Below are positions 12,576 to 26,021 of a stretch of 35,660 nt of DNA, one piece after another (the stretch's first letter is position 1; each line of letters opens with the position of its first letter). Made by a program: the position numbers and the translations under genes. Below the pieces are notes generated by a model. The model was given only the letters and a program-made list of their open reading frames with translations, was not told the origin of the DNA and searched no databases. This DNA is from Fonticula alba ATCC 38817 (lineage: Eukaryota; Protista; Nucleariida), in NCBI GenBank assembly GCA_000388065.2, contig KB932201.1. One strand, written 5' to 3'.

Positions 12576-13376
12576 GCCAACTTGCAAGGCCGGGATGGTG
12601 GTGGGCGGGAAGGAGGCGAAGAAAAGGAGGAGGGGGGGGGCGAAGATGTTTCCCGTCAGGCGTGTGGCAAGGGTGGATGGTACTGAAAAGAACGACGGTG
12701 CAAGGTGATCTTGTGGCCGAAAAGGCCTGGCCCCTTTGCCATGGGGGGGGGGGGGGGATGGGTCAACGTGGAAAAGAATGGACGTGGCCCCGGCATGGGA
12801 GTCCGCCGGTGACAAGGCGATGCGTTGGCAACAGAGGCAGCCGGCTTGTGGGGTACACATGCCAGGGGGTGCGCCCGGCGCCGACAGAAGACGGGGGGCA
12901 GATATCGCACGCGTACATGGCATACACACGTCTACGTTCGACAAACACACACGCGTGCGCGCACGCACACGCGCACACACGTATGCATTTTCGGAAACAT
13001 ATACAAGGTGAAGAAAACGGGGAGAGGCTCTCATCTCGCAGGGGGGAATGTATTTTATATGGCGGAGGGAGGGAGAGAGAGGAGGAGAGGGACATCTGCT
13101 AAGGCAGTAATACGCGCGCCATGCGGGGGGGGGGGGCGAGGGGGCCGCGCGTGTATGCGTTTATACTCCTGCCGATGCCCTCGCCACCTGTTCTGGCGGG
13201 CAGTGTCATACACTGTGGTCCGGCACCCGGGGTGCATACAAACGGAGAAAGGGGGCGCCAGGGCCAGCCCGGAGAAGGATCTCCTCTCGGCCCTTGTGTG
13301 CACAGGCTAGCAGCATGCACATGGGCATGTGGTGGGCCAGGGGAAAACACCCACACATACACTCACAGGCATACAC

Positions 13377-15538
13377 TTAGTTGGTGGGGGCCGGGGCGGT
13401 GGCAAGCTCGGTGAGCTGGCGCTTCTTCAGGAGGGGCTTCACGTAGGGGATGAAGTCCACACCGACGAAGGGCTGCAGGACGGTCGGGACGCGCAGGCCC
13501 TCCGGGGTCTGGTAGTTCTCGAGCAGGCAGCACAGGGTGCGCTCGGTGGCAGTCAGGGTGGCGTTCAGGCAGTGAACGTAGACCTTGTCCTTGCCGTGCA
13601 TCTGCGATGGGTCGAATGTTGGTGTGATGGCAGTGAGGATGCCGTTGCCATTGTCGTGGTCGGGGGAAGAGCGAGACAGAGAGCGAGACAGAGAGAGAGA
13701 GAGAGAGACAGAGAGATAGAGAGAGACAGAGAGATAGAGAGACAGAGACAGAGAGACAGAGAGACAGAGAGACAGAGAGACAGAGAGACAGAGACAGAGA
13801 CAGAGACAGAGACAGAGACAGAGACAGCAGGATGGGGAGGTTAGAAAGGGAGGAAGAAGAGCAATCCCGGCATGGCAGACGGGCGGACAGGGGGACGGAG
13901 GGAGAGGGTGCGGGGGAGGGAAGATGATCGGTGCCGCAGGAACGCACGGTCTTGTTGCCGTAACGGATCTCCAGGTTGCGGGACTGGTAGTCAGTGCAGT
14001 TGGAGCAGGACACAAGCTCGCGGTAGGCGCCGAAGGCCGGGAACCAGGCCTCAAGATCGAGCTTCTTGGCAGCGGCGTTGTTCAGGGCGCCGGAGGCGAT
14101 GTTGACCACGCGGTAGGGGATCTCCAGAGACTGGTAGAACTCCTCGGCGGAGCCGATCATCTCGTCGAACATCTCCCAGGACTTGTCCGGGGCGCAGAAG
14201 ATGAACTGCTCGACCTTCTCGAACTGGTGCACGCGGAAGATGCCCCAGGTGTCCTTGCCGTGAGCGCCGGCCTCCTTGCGGAAGCAGGTGGACACACCAC
14301 CGTAACGCAGGGGGAGGGACTTGGGCTCGAGCCACTCACCACGATGGTAGGCGGAGATCGGCTGCTCGGAGGTGGCGATCAGGTACTTGTCGGCACCGGC
14401 ACCGGTGATCTTGTAGAGGGCCTCGTCGAACTCCTCCAGCTGGGCAGTCTCGGCCATGATATCCTGGTTCATCATGAAGGGAGTCTGCAGGATGTCGTAC
14501 TGGCGCTTGCGCAGGAAGGCAATGCCATAGTTGATGAGGGCCTGGTTCAGGATGACACCCCAGTTCTTGAGGAAGTACCCACGGTGACCGGCGATCTTCT
14601 GGCCGCGCTCCGGGTCATAGCCGTCCAGGCGCTCGAGAACCTCGAAGTGGAAGAGGAAGTCCTCACGACGGGTGCCCTCCTTGAGCTCCTCGGGCCAGAA
14701 ACGCTCCATGACGTTGTCATCCTACGCCAGTCGCCGGGCCAAGCCCCGCCAGGGGAGGGGGGGGGAGATGAAAGGTGAGCAGCCTGAGCAGCCTGAGCCC
14801 TCCCCGCATATATGTGGGATGGCCAAATGCTCGGAGACAGGGGGGGGGGAAAGGAAGGGCCGAGGGCCGATGCATACCTCGGTCTGCGAATCGGGGACGG
14901 TATCGTGGACCATGTTGCCGAGGGCCTTGAGGCGGCGGTTCAGCTCGGTCTGGGTGTCGTTCATGTTGGTGGTGACATCGGCACGCTGAGCCTCGAGAGA
15001 CTTCTTCTCCTCGAGGAGCTCATCGCAAGCCTCCTTGGCCTGGGTGCGCGAAAAGCCAGGGGAGGGGAGGAGAGGAGGGGGGGGGCCGGCGGGAAAGGCG
15101 AAAGATGGATCAGCGATGGCAAATCATCGAGGTGAGTGAGGGAAGGGAAGTGGGCCGGGTCGATCGGCCAGATGTGACGCACCTTCATGGCGGCACCGAT
15201 CTTCTTCTGGACGGCGTTGATCTGCTTGTTGAACTGGTCAACATCGTAGCGAACTGCCGGAGGGGGGCCGAGGGAAGCAGGAAGGTCAGCGCATGCACGA
15301 GAGACCGGGGAGGAGGAGAGAGAAAGAAGGAAAGCGCCGGAGCAGGGGGCAAGAGCCAAGGCAAAGGGAGAGGAAAGGGAGCGGAGGGGACGTGGCCAGA
15401 CTCACGGGAGATCCACTTGGTGTCAAGCTCGATGATGGCGTCAACCTCGTTGACGTCCTTGCCGCGCTTGCGCTGCCACTCCTTGACGAGCTCGGGGTTG
15501 CCGCCCTTGTCGGCACGAAGAAGGTTGATGTCAAGCAT
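13377..15538 (-). CDS. SARS1: cytosolic seryl-tRNA synthetase (class II), 4 introns
   Basis: [26 protein letters not shown]-terminus, [15 protein letters not shown], motif 2 [41 protein letters not shown], motif 3 [22 protein letters not shown]. Confidence 0.97.
13669..13826 (-). repeat. compound (CT)/(CTCTGT)n microsatellite in the last SerRS intron
   Basis: Tandem agagac/agagag units on the + strand. Confidence 0.9.
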
Positions 15539-16686
15539 GGTGAGGAAGGGAGAGGGGGGGGGAGTCTCCGTCGTAGATGGGGAAGATATCTCGGAAGGGG
15601 ACAGGGGATGGAGGGCGGCCCGCCGGGCGGGCCCGCCGGCCAGGTGGGTGGCAAAAAAAGATACCAGGCAAATGGCCGGGTCTAGGCTCGTTTGGGGGGC
15701 GCGGGCGCGCGGGCGCGCGGGCGCGCGGGGGGGGGGGGGCGGGGGACTTCGCCGCGGGTCGGGGCAGCCCCCACCACAAGTGGCGGGGATGCCGGCCCCC
15801 ACGCCCACACACGCCCGAGTCCCCCAACCGGGGTGCTGCTCAAGCACGCACACAGGGGGTGCACCCGGAGCACGCCAGTTCTGGAGCGGGCCGCCGGCTG
15901 GCCGTCCGGCGAGGGCGAAGTGCGCCGGCCGGCACGCGTAAGCACTGGGTGATTTTGGGCTCCTTTTCGGCGGCCACCTAGCTGCCGGGGTCAAGGGCGC
16001 AAGGGGGGCCAGGCCCGCGTGTGCCCTGCCTGCCCCAGGCCGATCATTCCCGGGTGTTTCTCCGCTGCACCCGGGGGCGGCAACCACAGCCACGACGGGG
16101 GGGCGGGGGGATGAGGCCGACGGAACCACTCTCGCCAGCCTGCCAGACCGCGATTCACGCGCGCCCCCATGCGCACATGCCGGGCACACCTGCGTCCCCT
16201 GGGTTGCCCCGGACGGGGGCAGGGTCCAGGCGCGAAGACCATTCCCTACCGGATATCCCGCGCCCGGGCAACACCCGCCCGGGTCCAGGGACACCCGCCC
16301 GGCTTTCGCCGCTCCCCTCCCGGCCGCCCCGGTGCCGACGGCGCACCCACCGGGGCGGACACGGCGTGCTTGCCGGTCCACGGAGCATCTCCGGCGGTCT
16401 CCCAGCGGCAGAGGGTGCCATCCGGAAAATTGGATATTTGCCAGGGCCAATCCCTAAGCTCAAATGCTATTCCCCCTGGCACACGCTTAAAGTGCTCCAA
16501 TATTGGACTTGTACGAGGAAGGGTTGGCAGCTGCCCGGGGAAACGGAGCCTCGCCAGGGGACATGCCCCGTGTGGGGCGGGGGGGGGGGAAAGGGACAAA
16601 CCTACACGGTGTTACTCAGTCCAGCCGTCGGGCGGGTTGTCGGGGGAGGTTGGGCAAGGCAGTCAAGGCCGGGCTGCTGGTCGGAA

Positions 16687-16899
16687 ATGCCTTCGAACGT
16701 TCGACATGACGATCAAATGGCCTACATCTTCGGCTACCGGGAGCGGGAGGCGATTGCCGACTGGAGGGAATCCCTCAACATGCGGGGCACAGAGCCTGGC
16801 GCTGTTAGCCGCGGTCCTTCTCGGGGCGTCCCCGAAGGAGACACGCCGCCGGATCTCGCAGACAGACCCAACATGGTCAGCCTCTCCTTTGGCATATGA
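16687..16899 (+). CDS. putative 70-aa small ORF (MPSNVRHDDQMAYIFGYREREAIADWRESL...)
   Basis: ATG to TGA, non-repetitive, many C/G-ending codons, in a 2.3 kb otherwise empty intergenic region. No homology recognised. Confidence 0.25.
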   Translation: MPSNVRHDDQMAYIFGYREREAIADWRESLNMRGTEPGAVSRGPSRGVPEGDTPPDLADRPNMVSLSFGI

Positions 16900-17899
16900 T
16901 CCTAGAACCGCATTTGATCCGGTGGCACCTGATCCGAGGCGGGTGCCCAGCACACGCCGAACCCGGCCGGGTGCTGCTCGGTCCAGAACGCCCGAGGAAT
17001 GGCGAACAGCCTGCCGGCTCGGTGTTTGTCACGGGCGGGCTGCGGCAAAGGCGGCGGAGGATGGTCACCACGCACAGGGCGAGGGAGGGGGGGCGGCCAG
17101 CCCCGGGGGGGGATATATGGGGCGCGCTGCGGCGTCGAATTCCGCCGTCTGAGGATACTTCGCTATGTGGGGCCTCTTGATGGGCGGGGCGGGGCGTGGC
17201 GAGGGGGGAAAGTTTACCCCCGATGTCCAGGGGATCGATCTCCAGGCAGGACGCCAATTCGCCCGTCTGCCGGTCCTGGTTTCCATTCCGGCGTGCAAGG
17301 GGCGCGGCGGATCGACAACCCGGCAAGGGGCAGATCGCGTCGACGACCAGCCTTTTGCCCCCCCCCCTGCGATCTGGTGAACTGGATTGCGATCCGGGCC
17401 AACAACGTGTCCCCCCGGGCCGACGAGCATCTCGCCCTCGCCCAAACAAGGGACGCGGGGGGCGACGGAGAGGGAGGGCGGGACCGGGGCAGGCGCGGAG
17501 GGGGGTGCGGCGGGCCAGACCTCAGGCACCGGTCCGGTTGGTGGGCACGTCCACGCACCCGGCCCTTCCTCCCCCGCCACACACACACACACACACACAC
17601 ACCCAAAACGCACTGGCGGGGTGCGTTCTTGCTGCGGCCGAGATTGCGCCGGGTCGGACCGGGCCGGGTCGATCGCCCACATCTCCCCTGAGTGTCCCCT
17701 ACAAGTGGCCCCAGCCCGGGCGGCGGCCCAAATGAGGCCCACCAGCAAACCTCGCACATCAACCTCCCCCCCCCTGTGTACTCACAACATACAGGCCACA
17801 TACATTCGCCACCACCACCACCACCACCCCCCACCACCACCCTCTCCCCCCTCGTGCAACACGCCCACTTTCTCCCCCTCCCTGCCGCTCTCCCTTGCC

Positions 17900-18494
17900 A
17901 TGTCCTCTGCTCCCATCAGCTCTGTGCTTACCGCGCCGTCGCTGTCGGTGTCGCGCGCCCTCGCCGCCTACCGCGCCCTGCAGCGCGCGCGCCTGACCGC
18001 CTTCCGCGGCGATTCCCATGCTCTGGAGGGTGCGCCTGTGGCCCTGTGTCCCCCCTTGGCTCTTCCCATGCACTGCCCGTACTTACCGCGCATTCGCCCA
18101 TCCATCCACCGGCGACAACCTCACCAACCCAGCCGCCCAGGTGAAGATTCGTCAGGCCTTCGCCCAGAACCACGAGCTGAGCGATCCCGATGCCGGTGCC
18201 GCTTGCGAGCAGGCCCACGCTGTGGCCACCTTCCTGCTGCGCAACGTTGCCCAGGCGGTCCGCACCCAGGAGAATGTTGCTTCTTCGACCGGCGAGACTG
18301 GCGATGTTTACTGTGCGTCCTGCGAGAGACCCCCGACATCTATTGACACTTTCTCCCGGTGCTAACCCCCCTCGCCGGATCTCCATTCAGGTATCACCAT
18401 CGATCAGAACCGCCATGAGCTCCACGAGAAGACCCCTCCCCTGCGGCCCACCCGCGGCGCTGCCAAGAAGTGCAGCTCGGGAGGCTGTGCCTAA
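17900..18494 (+). CDS. LYRM7: LYR-motif protein, mitochondrial complex III Rieske chaperone (LYRM7/Mzm1); exons 17900-18029, 18133-18312, 18391-18494
   Basis: ALAAYRALQRARLTAFRGDSHAL...KIRQAF...VATFLLRNVAQA...Y-ITID matches the Mzm1/LYRM7 pattern. Intron phases are consistent. Confidence 0.85.
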
Positions 18495-18829
18495 GCAATG
18501 TTCCGTATGGGCCCCCACCCCCCAGGCCTTTATCATGCGATGGACCCTCCTCTCCTCCTACGCATGACCACATACACACATGTTGCGCGCCCCCCTGCCT
18601 CCCTTGAGCTCTTGCCTGCACGAATGAAGCCCGAAATACCCTGTATGGCCCCCCCCCCCCTGTCTGAGTGACGTGAAAAGCGCGTGGGGAAAGGGCGGAA
18701 GGAGAGGGGACATGTATGGTGGGGGAAAGGTACGGGGGCCGCCCCCAGAAGGGGGAGGGGGGCGGAGGAAGGGCAAGGGAAGTTCCCTCAGGTTGGAGAG
18801 GGGGGGCGGGAGAAGGAACCCCAAAGCAC

Positions 18830-21800
18830 TCACACGGGTGCATCGCCGACCAGCTCCGGGGACACGCTGGCAGAGGAGACCGAGGGAACCGGCGAAGACC
18901 GATCGGCAGCCGGGAAGGCCGCATCGACCACGACCTTCGGATGCCCGTCACCGCCGGACAGCGAGCTGATCGAGTCCAGCGCAGCGCGAATGCTCGGCTC
19001 GAAGTGCACCGAAGGGATGGCCACAATGCCGGCCTTGGACATCCGGTCGAAGACCGCCTCATGGTAACGCACGAAGTAGGTGTGGATGTTGCGCTTGTCA
19101 TAGGCGGTGGTGACCTCGTACATGATCTGAACAGCACTGTGGGGCATGCAGGGATGAGGGAGGGGGGGGGGAGCCAGGAAACGAGGGGGAGTGAGCACAG
19201 GAAGGGGCGGGCTGGGTTGCCAAGGGAGAGGCAGACCGGCAGGTTGAGGCAGGAGGGAGGGTGTCAACGCACGTGGCATCGATCTCGTGCATACGCTCGA
19301 TGTCGAAGATGATGGCCGTGAAGTGGACTGGGCGCTTGTCCTGGCTGGGGTGGGACTCGAGCTTGCCGAACATCTCCACGCGGTAGAGGCGATCCTTCAG
19401 GAGGCCGGTGTTGGCGAAGTAGAGCGACTCCATGACACGCAGAACGATGACGCCCTCGACCTGAGTGGCCTCCGGGTGGCGAGTCTGGTCCTTGAACTTG
19501 TCGGTGCCGTCAATCTGGCCGAGGACACGGACAACAGGCTTGGTGGCCTCCTTCATGACGAGGCCAATCGACAGGAGGATGGAGAAGAAGACGCCAATCT
19601 GTGTTGTACGCGCGTACGTGCGATGTGTTCGAGGGCAAGGGCGGATGAGCACAATGAACGGGGACAACGACACAAGGGGCAAACAGGATGAAGGAGAGGG
19701 AAAGGGAGGGGAGAGAGAGAGAGAGAGAATGCTGGGGTGTTGCGTACCTCCACCGACACAAGAACGGTCACCAGGAAGGTGGCCGCAGCCATGGCCAGAT
19801 CGGAGTAGGCACGGATGCGCCACATGAAAAAGTAGTCGTGCCACTCGAGCAGGCTGTACGCGGCGTACATGACGATGGCAGCCAGCGTGGACAGAGGGAG
19901 CCACTGGAACATGGGGAGAAGGAAGAGAATAGTGAAGAGCACAAAGATGGAGGCGATCAGGCCGTGCATCGGGGACTTGACACCGACATCATCGGCAACC
20001 TACATGTGTGTGTGTGTGTGTGTGTCGAATGATGTGGGGACCAATGGGTCAGAAAGACGCGCCAAAGAGGCAACACATGAGGCAGGAATAGCGAGCAATT
20101 CCAGCAGCGAGCACGCACAGTGGTACGCGTCATGGACGCAAAGGCCGGGTAGCCACCGAAGAAGCTATTGATGATGTTGCCCACACCGTAGGCCACGAGC
20201 TCGCGGTTGTCATAGACAGGGTAGGAGTTCTTGGTGGCCATATCCTTGGCACTGATGATGGACTCCACGAAGCCGACAATGGTGATGACCACGGCCGACA
20301 TGGTGGCATACGAGACATTGGAGGAGTTGAGCTTCGGCAGGGCCGGCACGCGGAAGCCACCCTCCAGCTCACCGAGGACCGGCAGGCCCTGGTTGTGCAG
20401 ATCCAAGGACCAGACCAGCAGCTCGGAGATAAGCATCAGCACCAGGATCGAGGGGAAGAGCTTGAGGGCCTTGACGTTGGGGAAGCTGCGTCGGAAGGGT
20501 GAAGAAGAGAAACGGCCGGAGCGAGGGCGAGAAAGAGGGGCATCAGCGCATGGATGACGGGAGGACAGATCGGCAGGGGGGGGGGGGGGGGCGAAGCAAC
20601 CGGACGGCCACCGGGGACAGGGCAGACGCACCGGCCGCGGATGTAGCGGAAGACCAGCAAGGCGCCGAGACCGAGGAAGCTGAAGAGCACCGGCATCCAC
20701 TGGGTCTCGTCAAGGTGCTTGAACACGAAGATGAGCTTTTCCAGGGTGGCGGCCTTGGGATCCCAAGCGGAAGTCAGGCCAAAGGCCTTGGCGAGCTGCT
20801 CGACGAAAACCACGATCGCCACACCGGTGATGAAACCACGGTTGGTAGCACTGAAGTTGATGGGGAGGGGCAGAGGGGAGGGAGGAACAGGCGGGGNNNN
20901 NNNNNNNNNNNNNNNNNNNNNNNNNNNNNNNNNNNNNNNNNNNNNNNNNNNNNNNNNNNNNNNNNNNNNNNNNNNNNNNNNNNNNNNNNNNNNNNNNNNN
21001 NNNNNNNNNNNNNNNNNNNNNNNNNNNNNNNNNNNNNNNNNNNNNNNNNNNNNNNNNNNNNNNNNNNNNNNNNNNNNNNNNNNNNNNNNNNNNNNNNNNN
21101 NNNNNNNNNNNNNNNNNNNNNNNNNNNNNNNNNNNNNNNNNNNNNNNNNNNNNNNNNNNNNNNNNNNNNNNNNNNNNNNNNNNNNNNNNNNNNNNNNNNN
21201 NNNNNNNNNNNNNNNNNNNNNNNNNNNNNNNNNNNNNNNNNNNNNNNNNNNNNNNNNNNNNNNNNNNNNNNNNNNNNNNNNNNNNNNNNNNNNNNNNNNN
21301 NNNNNNNNNNNNNNNNNNNNNNNNNNNNNNNNNNNNNNNNNNNNNNNNNNNNNNNNNGGGGGGGGGGGGGCGTGGCACAGAGAAGGCAGGTGCGAGGGGT
21401 GGCACACGCACCGACAGGTGCCGAGGATGGTGTAGATGATGAGCGGGATGAAGGCCGTGTAGAGGCCAAACACCGGGCTGAGATTGGCCAGACCGGCGTA
21501 GGAGACCGCCTGCGGAATGAGCAGGCAGGAAACCGTGACAGCGCCCAGGAAGTCGATGATGAAGTTGGACAGCGTGTAGTTGGGCAGCCACCCGAGGATG
21601 GGGATGTAGTAACGCGCGCGGCGGCGGAGGTTGGCTCCATCGAGCGGCTCGCCGTACTTGTCGGTCAGCGAGGAGAGGAAGCCGAGGGAGTTGGTCTCGG
21701 CGTCGGGGTTGGGAGCCGACATGTCCGGGGAGCCGAAGGAAGAGGCTGGAACGGCGCGACAGCAGGGGAATCGGGGCGGGGGCGGGGGCGGGGGGCGGAG

Positions 21801-22015
21801 GGAATCCGGCGACTTGGTGAGTATCAATCCCAATGCCAGGAGCATATGGGCCAGGCCAGGCGCGCAGTCGTACCCTGGTAGTCGTCGCCAAGCAGATGGG
21901 CACGCTCGTCGGTCGGAGGGCGGGGCTCCGCCGAGCCGGCATGGTAGTCTGAGGAGTAGGCATCAGGAGCATCCGAGTTGTTCAGGCCCAAATGGGGCGA
22001 GTCGTCGCCGGACAT
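18830..22015 (-). CDS. SLC26/SulP anion (sulfate) transporter with C-terminal STAS domain; middle hidden by a gap
   Basis: RYYIPILGWLPNY, GAVTVSCLLIPQAVSYAGLA..PVFGLY, GFITGVAIV, GFVESI, NRELVAYGVGNI..FFGGYPAFASMTRT, LPLSTLAAIV, STAS motif ESLYFANT and AIIFDIERMHEIDAT. Start has gccgccATG context. Confidence 0.92.
20897..21357. other. assembly gap inside the SLC26 gene
   Basis: N run flanked by G runs. Confidence 1.
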
Positions 22016-22361
22016 GGCGGCGGGCGCGCCGGGCAAAGGCGGCAGGAGGGAGAGGGGTGGGCGGGGAGATCTGCTCCTCCCGGGGCGATGTTGAAGGGGA
22101 GAGTGAGGGGTGGGAAAGGGCTGGAGAAGGGGATGAGGGGGGGGGGGGGGGGGGGGGCGGCGTGGAGGCCGGGGCGATGTGTTGGATGAGGATGCTGATT
22201 GGCCCGGGCTCCAGTCGGCGGAGGTGGAGGTGGGGCCGCAAAAAGGAGTGGGGATCTATGCTGCCTCTGGCCGGCAAGAGAGGGGCCCGAGCCCCATGCA
22301 TGGCTCGTCCTGGTGGGATCTCTCCCAGCTGCCCCTCTCCACGGGGAGGCGGGGGGGGGGG

Positions 22362-22447
22362 NNNNNNNNNNNNNNNNNNNNNNNNNNNNNNNNNNNNNNN
22401 NNNNNNNNNNNNNNNNNNNNNNNNNNNNNNNNNNNNNNNNNNNNNNN
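22362..22447. other. assembly gap
   Basis: N run flanked by G runs. Confidence 1.
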
Positions 22448-23759
22448 GGGACAACTGGCATCAAGGATCGCCTGCGGATCTGTGCGCTAGCACCGGGCAT
22501 GGGCGTATCCGGCGCCAACGGCATGGATTGGTCGCTCTGGCGGGCGCGGGCCTTTCCCGTGGCCCGTTCGTCTGGCCCTCGCTTTCGGCAGCCCGTCGAG
22601 GCTCCGACGACGGGGGGCGAGCCACCGAGGCAGCAGGCGCACAGCGATCCCGCGGCGGGGCCCTCTCGTTGGCAGCAGTTCACCCCCGGGGGCCAGGACG
22701 GCGTGGCGGGAGGTGCAGAGCAGCCGCCTCTCGGATGCCTGCGGCCAGGGCGGGGGCCGCGCCGGCACCAAAGCGCGGCAAGTCTGCGTCTGTGCGTGTG
22801 CGCGTGTGTACACGCTCGGGCGCGTGGCTGCGCGTCCGCTCACACCCGCGGGCATCGGGGCACCCTAATGCGCGGGGGAACGGGGCCCCCGTCGGAAAAT
22901 CGGCGGGCCCGGCCCGAGAAAGCCCAGGCCGGGGTGGTCAATATTCCGAGCCCCGGACCAAGTCCCAGGCGGGGGGGGGGGGGGGTAGTGTTCCACGCCC
23001 TATGCCGGTGGGAATTCCCTCGAACGGTGGCAGCTTCAGGCTGAGGGGCCAAGAGAGAGGGAGAGAGAGAGAGGGAGAGAGAGGGAGACGAAGCTCCCAT
23101 GGGCGAGGAAATAAAAATTCACCAGGCTGGTGGCCCCCCTGCTTGCCCCCGCCCGCTCGCCCCCTGCAGAATGAAGGGCGCATCGGGCGCATATCTCGGC
23201 TGGGCCAAGGGCAGTCGTCATGGCCCCATCGTCGCGAACACGTCCTCTGCCGGAGCCAGGCCAGCGGGCGTCCCCCCTCCCCCCGCCAGGAATTGCACAG
23301 CCTTCGGTTGGTCTCCCACAACAGAATGGGGGCTTTGGGATCCGCGCTCGACCGGCTGTGGGAGACCCTCGGGAAAATAATGAAAAAAAACTCCAACGGG
23401 TGAGAATGTTTACCTATCAGGAACATAGCCGGAGCTCCGGCGGGGGGGGGGGGGCGGGGTGGTGAGGGCCACCGCGCGCATGCCAGGCATGTGCTTCCTA
23501 AACGCAGTCGTCGCCCCTCCGTCCCCGTCCACAAGGGGACCCGGGGGTGCGAGGCAAGCGGCAGGAGGGGAGACACGGGCGCCCTGCGAAAAACAGGCCC
23601 CGACCCTGTGTCCCTCTCTGGGACGGAGAAGGAGGATCGGCGTACAAGAGCGACGTGCACTCGAACACGCCCGCAGTCCGAGGGACCACCCAAGCAAAAA
23701 CACCCAACGGAAGGAGCCGACACGCGGGCCCGCTCTGAAGTGTGTCTGGGCGTCTATGT

Positions 23760-23795
<36 letters not shown>

Positions 23796-25299
23796 CTGCC
23801 CCCTCAGGCGGGGGGATACAGGAGCACGCTGGGACCTTGGGCCTCGGGCGCTCTGGGCGGAATCGGGCACCACCGTAAATTGGGGGACGACCGCAGCCGG
23901 AACTTGGCTCCAGCGCGCTGAATGCTAGCACTCGCACATTTCACCCCGGCCCTGTGTGTCTTTCCCCAAATACAAGGCCCATTATTTATTCAACAGAGGC
24001 CAGGTCTTTTTTAGTTTCCCCTGCCCCCGCTCCGCGCCCTCTGGCGGCCCGGCTCCCAGGCCGGGTTCCCCGTTCCCTCCCCCGGTCTGCCAGCCTTGTC
24101 GGTGTTTTTAGGACCGACCGTCCGGGCCTGGACGCCGTGGGTTCCCCCCCCCCCGGACGGCGCCCGGTGTGGTCCGTGGATTATGGTTATGGAACAGCAT
24201 TCGATGATCACCAGGCGTAACTGGGACGGTCATGTGCCACGCGAATCACACGCGTCCACACTTCGCGTTCCGTTCACTTTAGCGATTGCGCGCGCATTTT
24301 TCCTCCAACGTTCGCGCGCTCGCTCGTTTGCCCGCGCCCGTCAGACCTTGCCTTCCCCGGGGGGGGGGGGGAGGGGCCGGGGATAGGAGGCGATGGGCCG
24401 TTTTTCCCAGCCGGGGTTGTCCGGGAGCCTGCCGCCTGGTCGGACCCCACGCCCCTTGTTTCTCTCGAAGCACCCCCCCCGGGGGGGGGAGAGAGACCAT
24501 TCTCGCGCGCCCACCGTGGACCGAACGGACGACCTGCTTTTGTTCTTCCCCTTCTCCAGGCGTCCTTCTTGATGTGCGGCTTGCCATGTGCCCCGTGCGT
24601 GAGCAGTCATGGGGCTCCTGTGGTGTGGGGGCTGCTTCTCCGACGGTGTCTTCTCGGCTCTTCGCTCCCTCTTCGGGGCCGGGCGCCAACGTGGCGGAGC
24701 CGATTGTTGACAGCTGTTGAATCCTCGCTGTTTGGATGCTCAGCCTCCGGTGTGAATGTGGTTGGCTGTGTTGAGCCGCACTTGCGAATGGGCTTCTTCA
24801 CGCGCCTCCCCGCCTTCCTCCGCCAGCCAGGCTCAGAGCACCACGGTTTGCTTCCTTCCGCTGCACTCCAAATTTCCCTCCCCCTCCCCCTCCCCCCCCC
24901 TTCTCCCACGCCTCCCTTCCCCCCCTCTCCAACGTGCGCCTCCCTTCCGTTTTGTCTCTCTCTCTCTCTCTCTCTCTCCCCCCCCCCCCCTCTCTCTCCC
25001 TCCCTCTCTCTCGCCCCCCGCCTCCTCCTCCGCCTCCTCTTGCTGGGCATCCTGTCGGCGTCTCAGCCGAGATCGAGTCGATTGGCAGCCTCTCCGAGCA
25101 GCAAAGCCAGCAACTTGAGGTGTACAACCGAGCCATCCACCAGACCGAGGGCCTGGGCGAGCGACTAGCCGAGCTGGAGGCTTCGCGCGCAGCCCCCCCC
25201 CCCCCCTGCTTTGCCTCTCTTCCTCCCGCCGCTGAGCCTGGGCAGCCGTCTGACGCCCCGACACCTTGCACCCTATTTCCCCCTCCCTCTCCCTGCAGC

Positions 25300-25973
25300 A
25301 TGAACAAGTCCCTCGACGAGCTGCTTGCCGAGCGTCGTTCCGCGGTTCGTTCTCTTCATGTCATATCGCCAGCCCTCTCCTTTTGCCGCAACCACTTGTC
25401 CTGTGTCTAACCCCTGCTCCTCCCTCCTTCGCCCCCCCCCGTCCCCGTCCCCGTCCCCGCCCCCCTTCACTCCCCTCCGGACTGACACCGGCTCACAGGA
25501 GCGCGCCGCCCGCCAGAAGAAGAACGCCGAGAACAACAGCAACGCCCAGAACTCCACCCCCAGCGCCCGCCGCAACCGCAACCGCCGCCCCAGCCCCGCC
25601 TCTGTGGCGACGTCCGGCGGCCGTGTCGGTTCTCCCGGCGCGCCCGTCCCCCGCTTCCAGAACGTATGTCTCTCCTTCTCTTAGCTTCGAGCGTTGCGCT
25701 GGCGCGCGTGTGAACGCGCGCCCCCGTATGCTCGTACCCTCCCCTCCTTCTGCTCCTTCTTCCCTGCCTGCGAGCCCCACCGGCCCGGGTCCCACCTTGT
25801 CGGAGACCCATGGCGCTATCGAGCGCCGTCCTCTATGGGTTCTTCTCCCTCCCTGTCTATCTCTCTCCCTCTCTATCCCCCGCTTGCGTGCACGCTTCAC
25901 GCCGGGGGCCGCGAGTATGTGAGTGATTGTACTGTCTGGCCCTCTTCTCCCTGTGTATGGATGTGCGCGTGCA

Positions 25974-26021
<48 letters not shown>

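Noticed and set aside
16977-17012. AATGGCGAA after a hairpin, resembling the HDV ribozyme J4/2 strand
   Set aside because: Could not place P1, P1.1, P3 or the L3 loop in the required nested double pseudoknot.
20881-22450. G-runs flanking gaps as a special structure
   Set aside because: Long G/C homopolymers occur throughout introns and intergenic DNA, and their position at gap edges is best explained by sequencing drop-out.
21631-23403. 590-aa plus-strand ORF
   Set aside because: Antisense to the SLC26 5' end, crosses an N gap and G runs, and is Arg/Gly/Ala low-complexity as expected from stop-poor GC-rich DNA.
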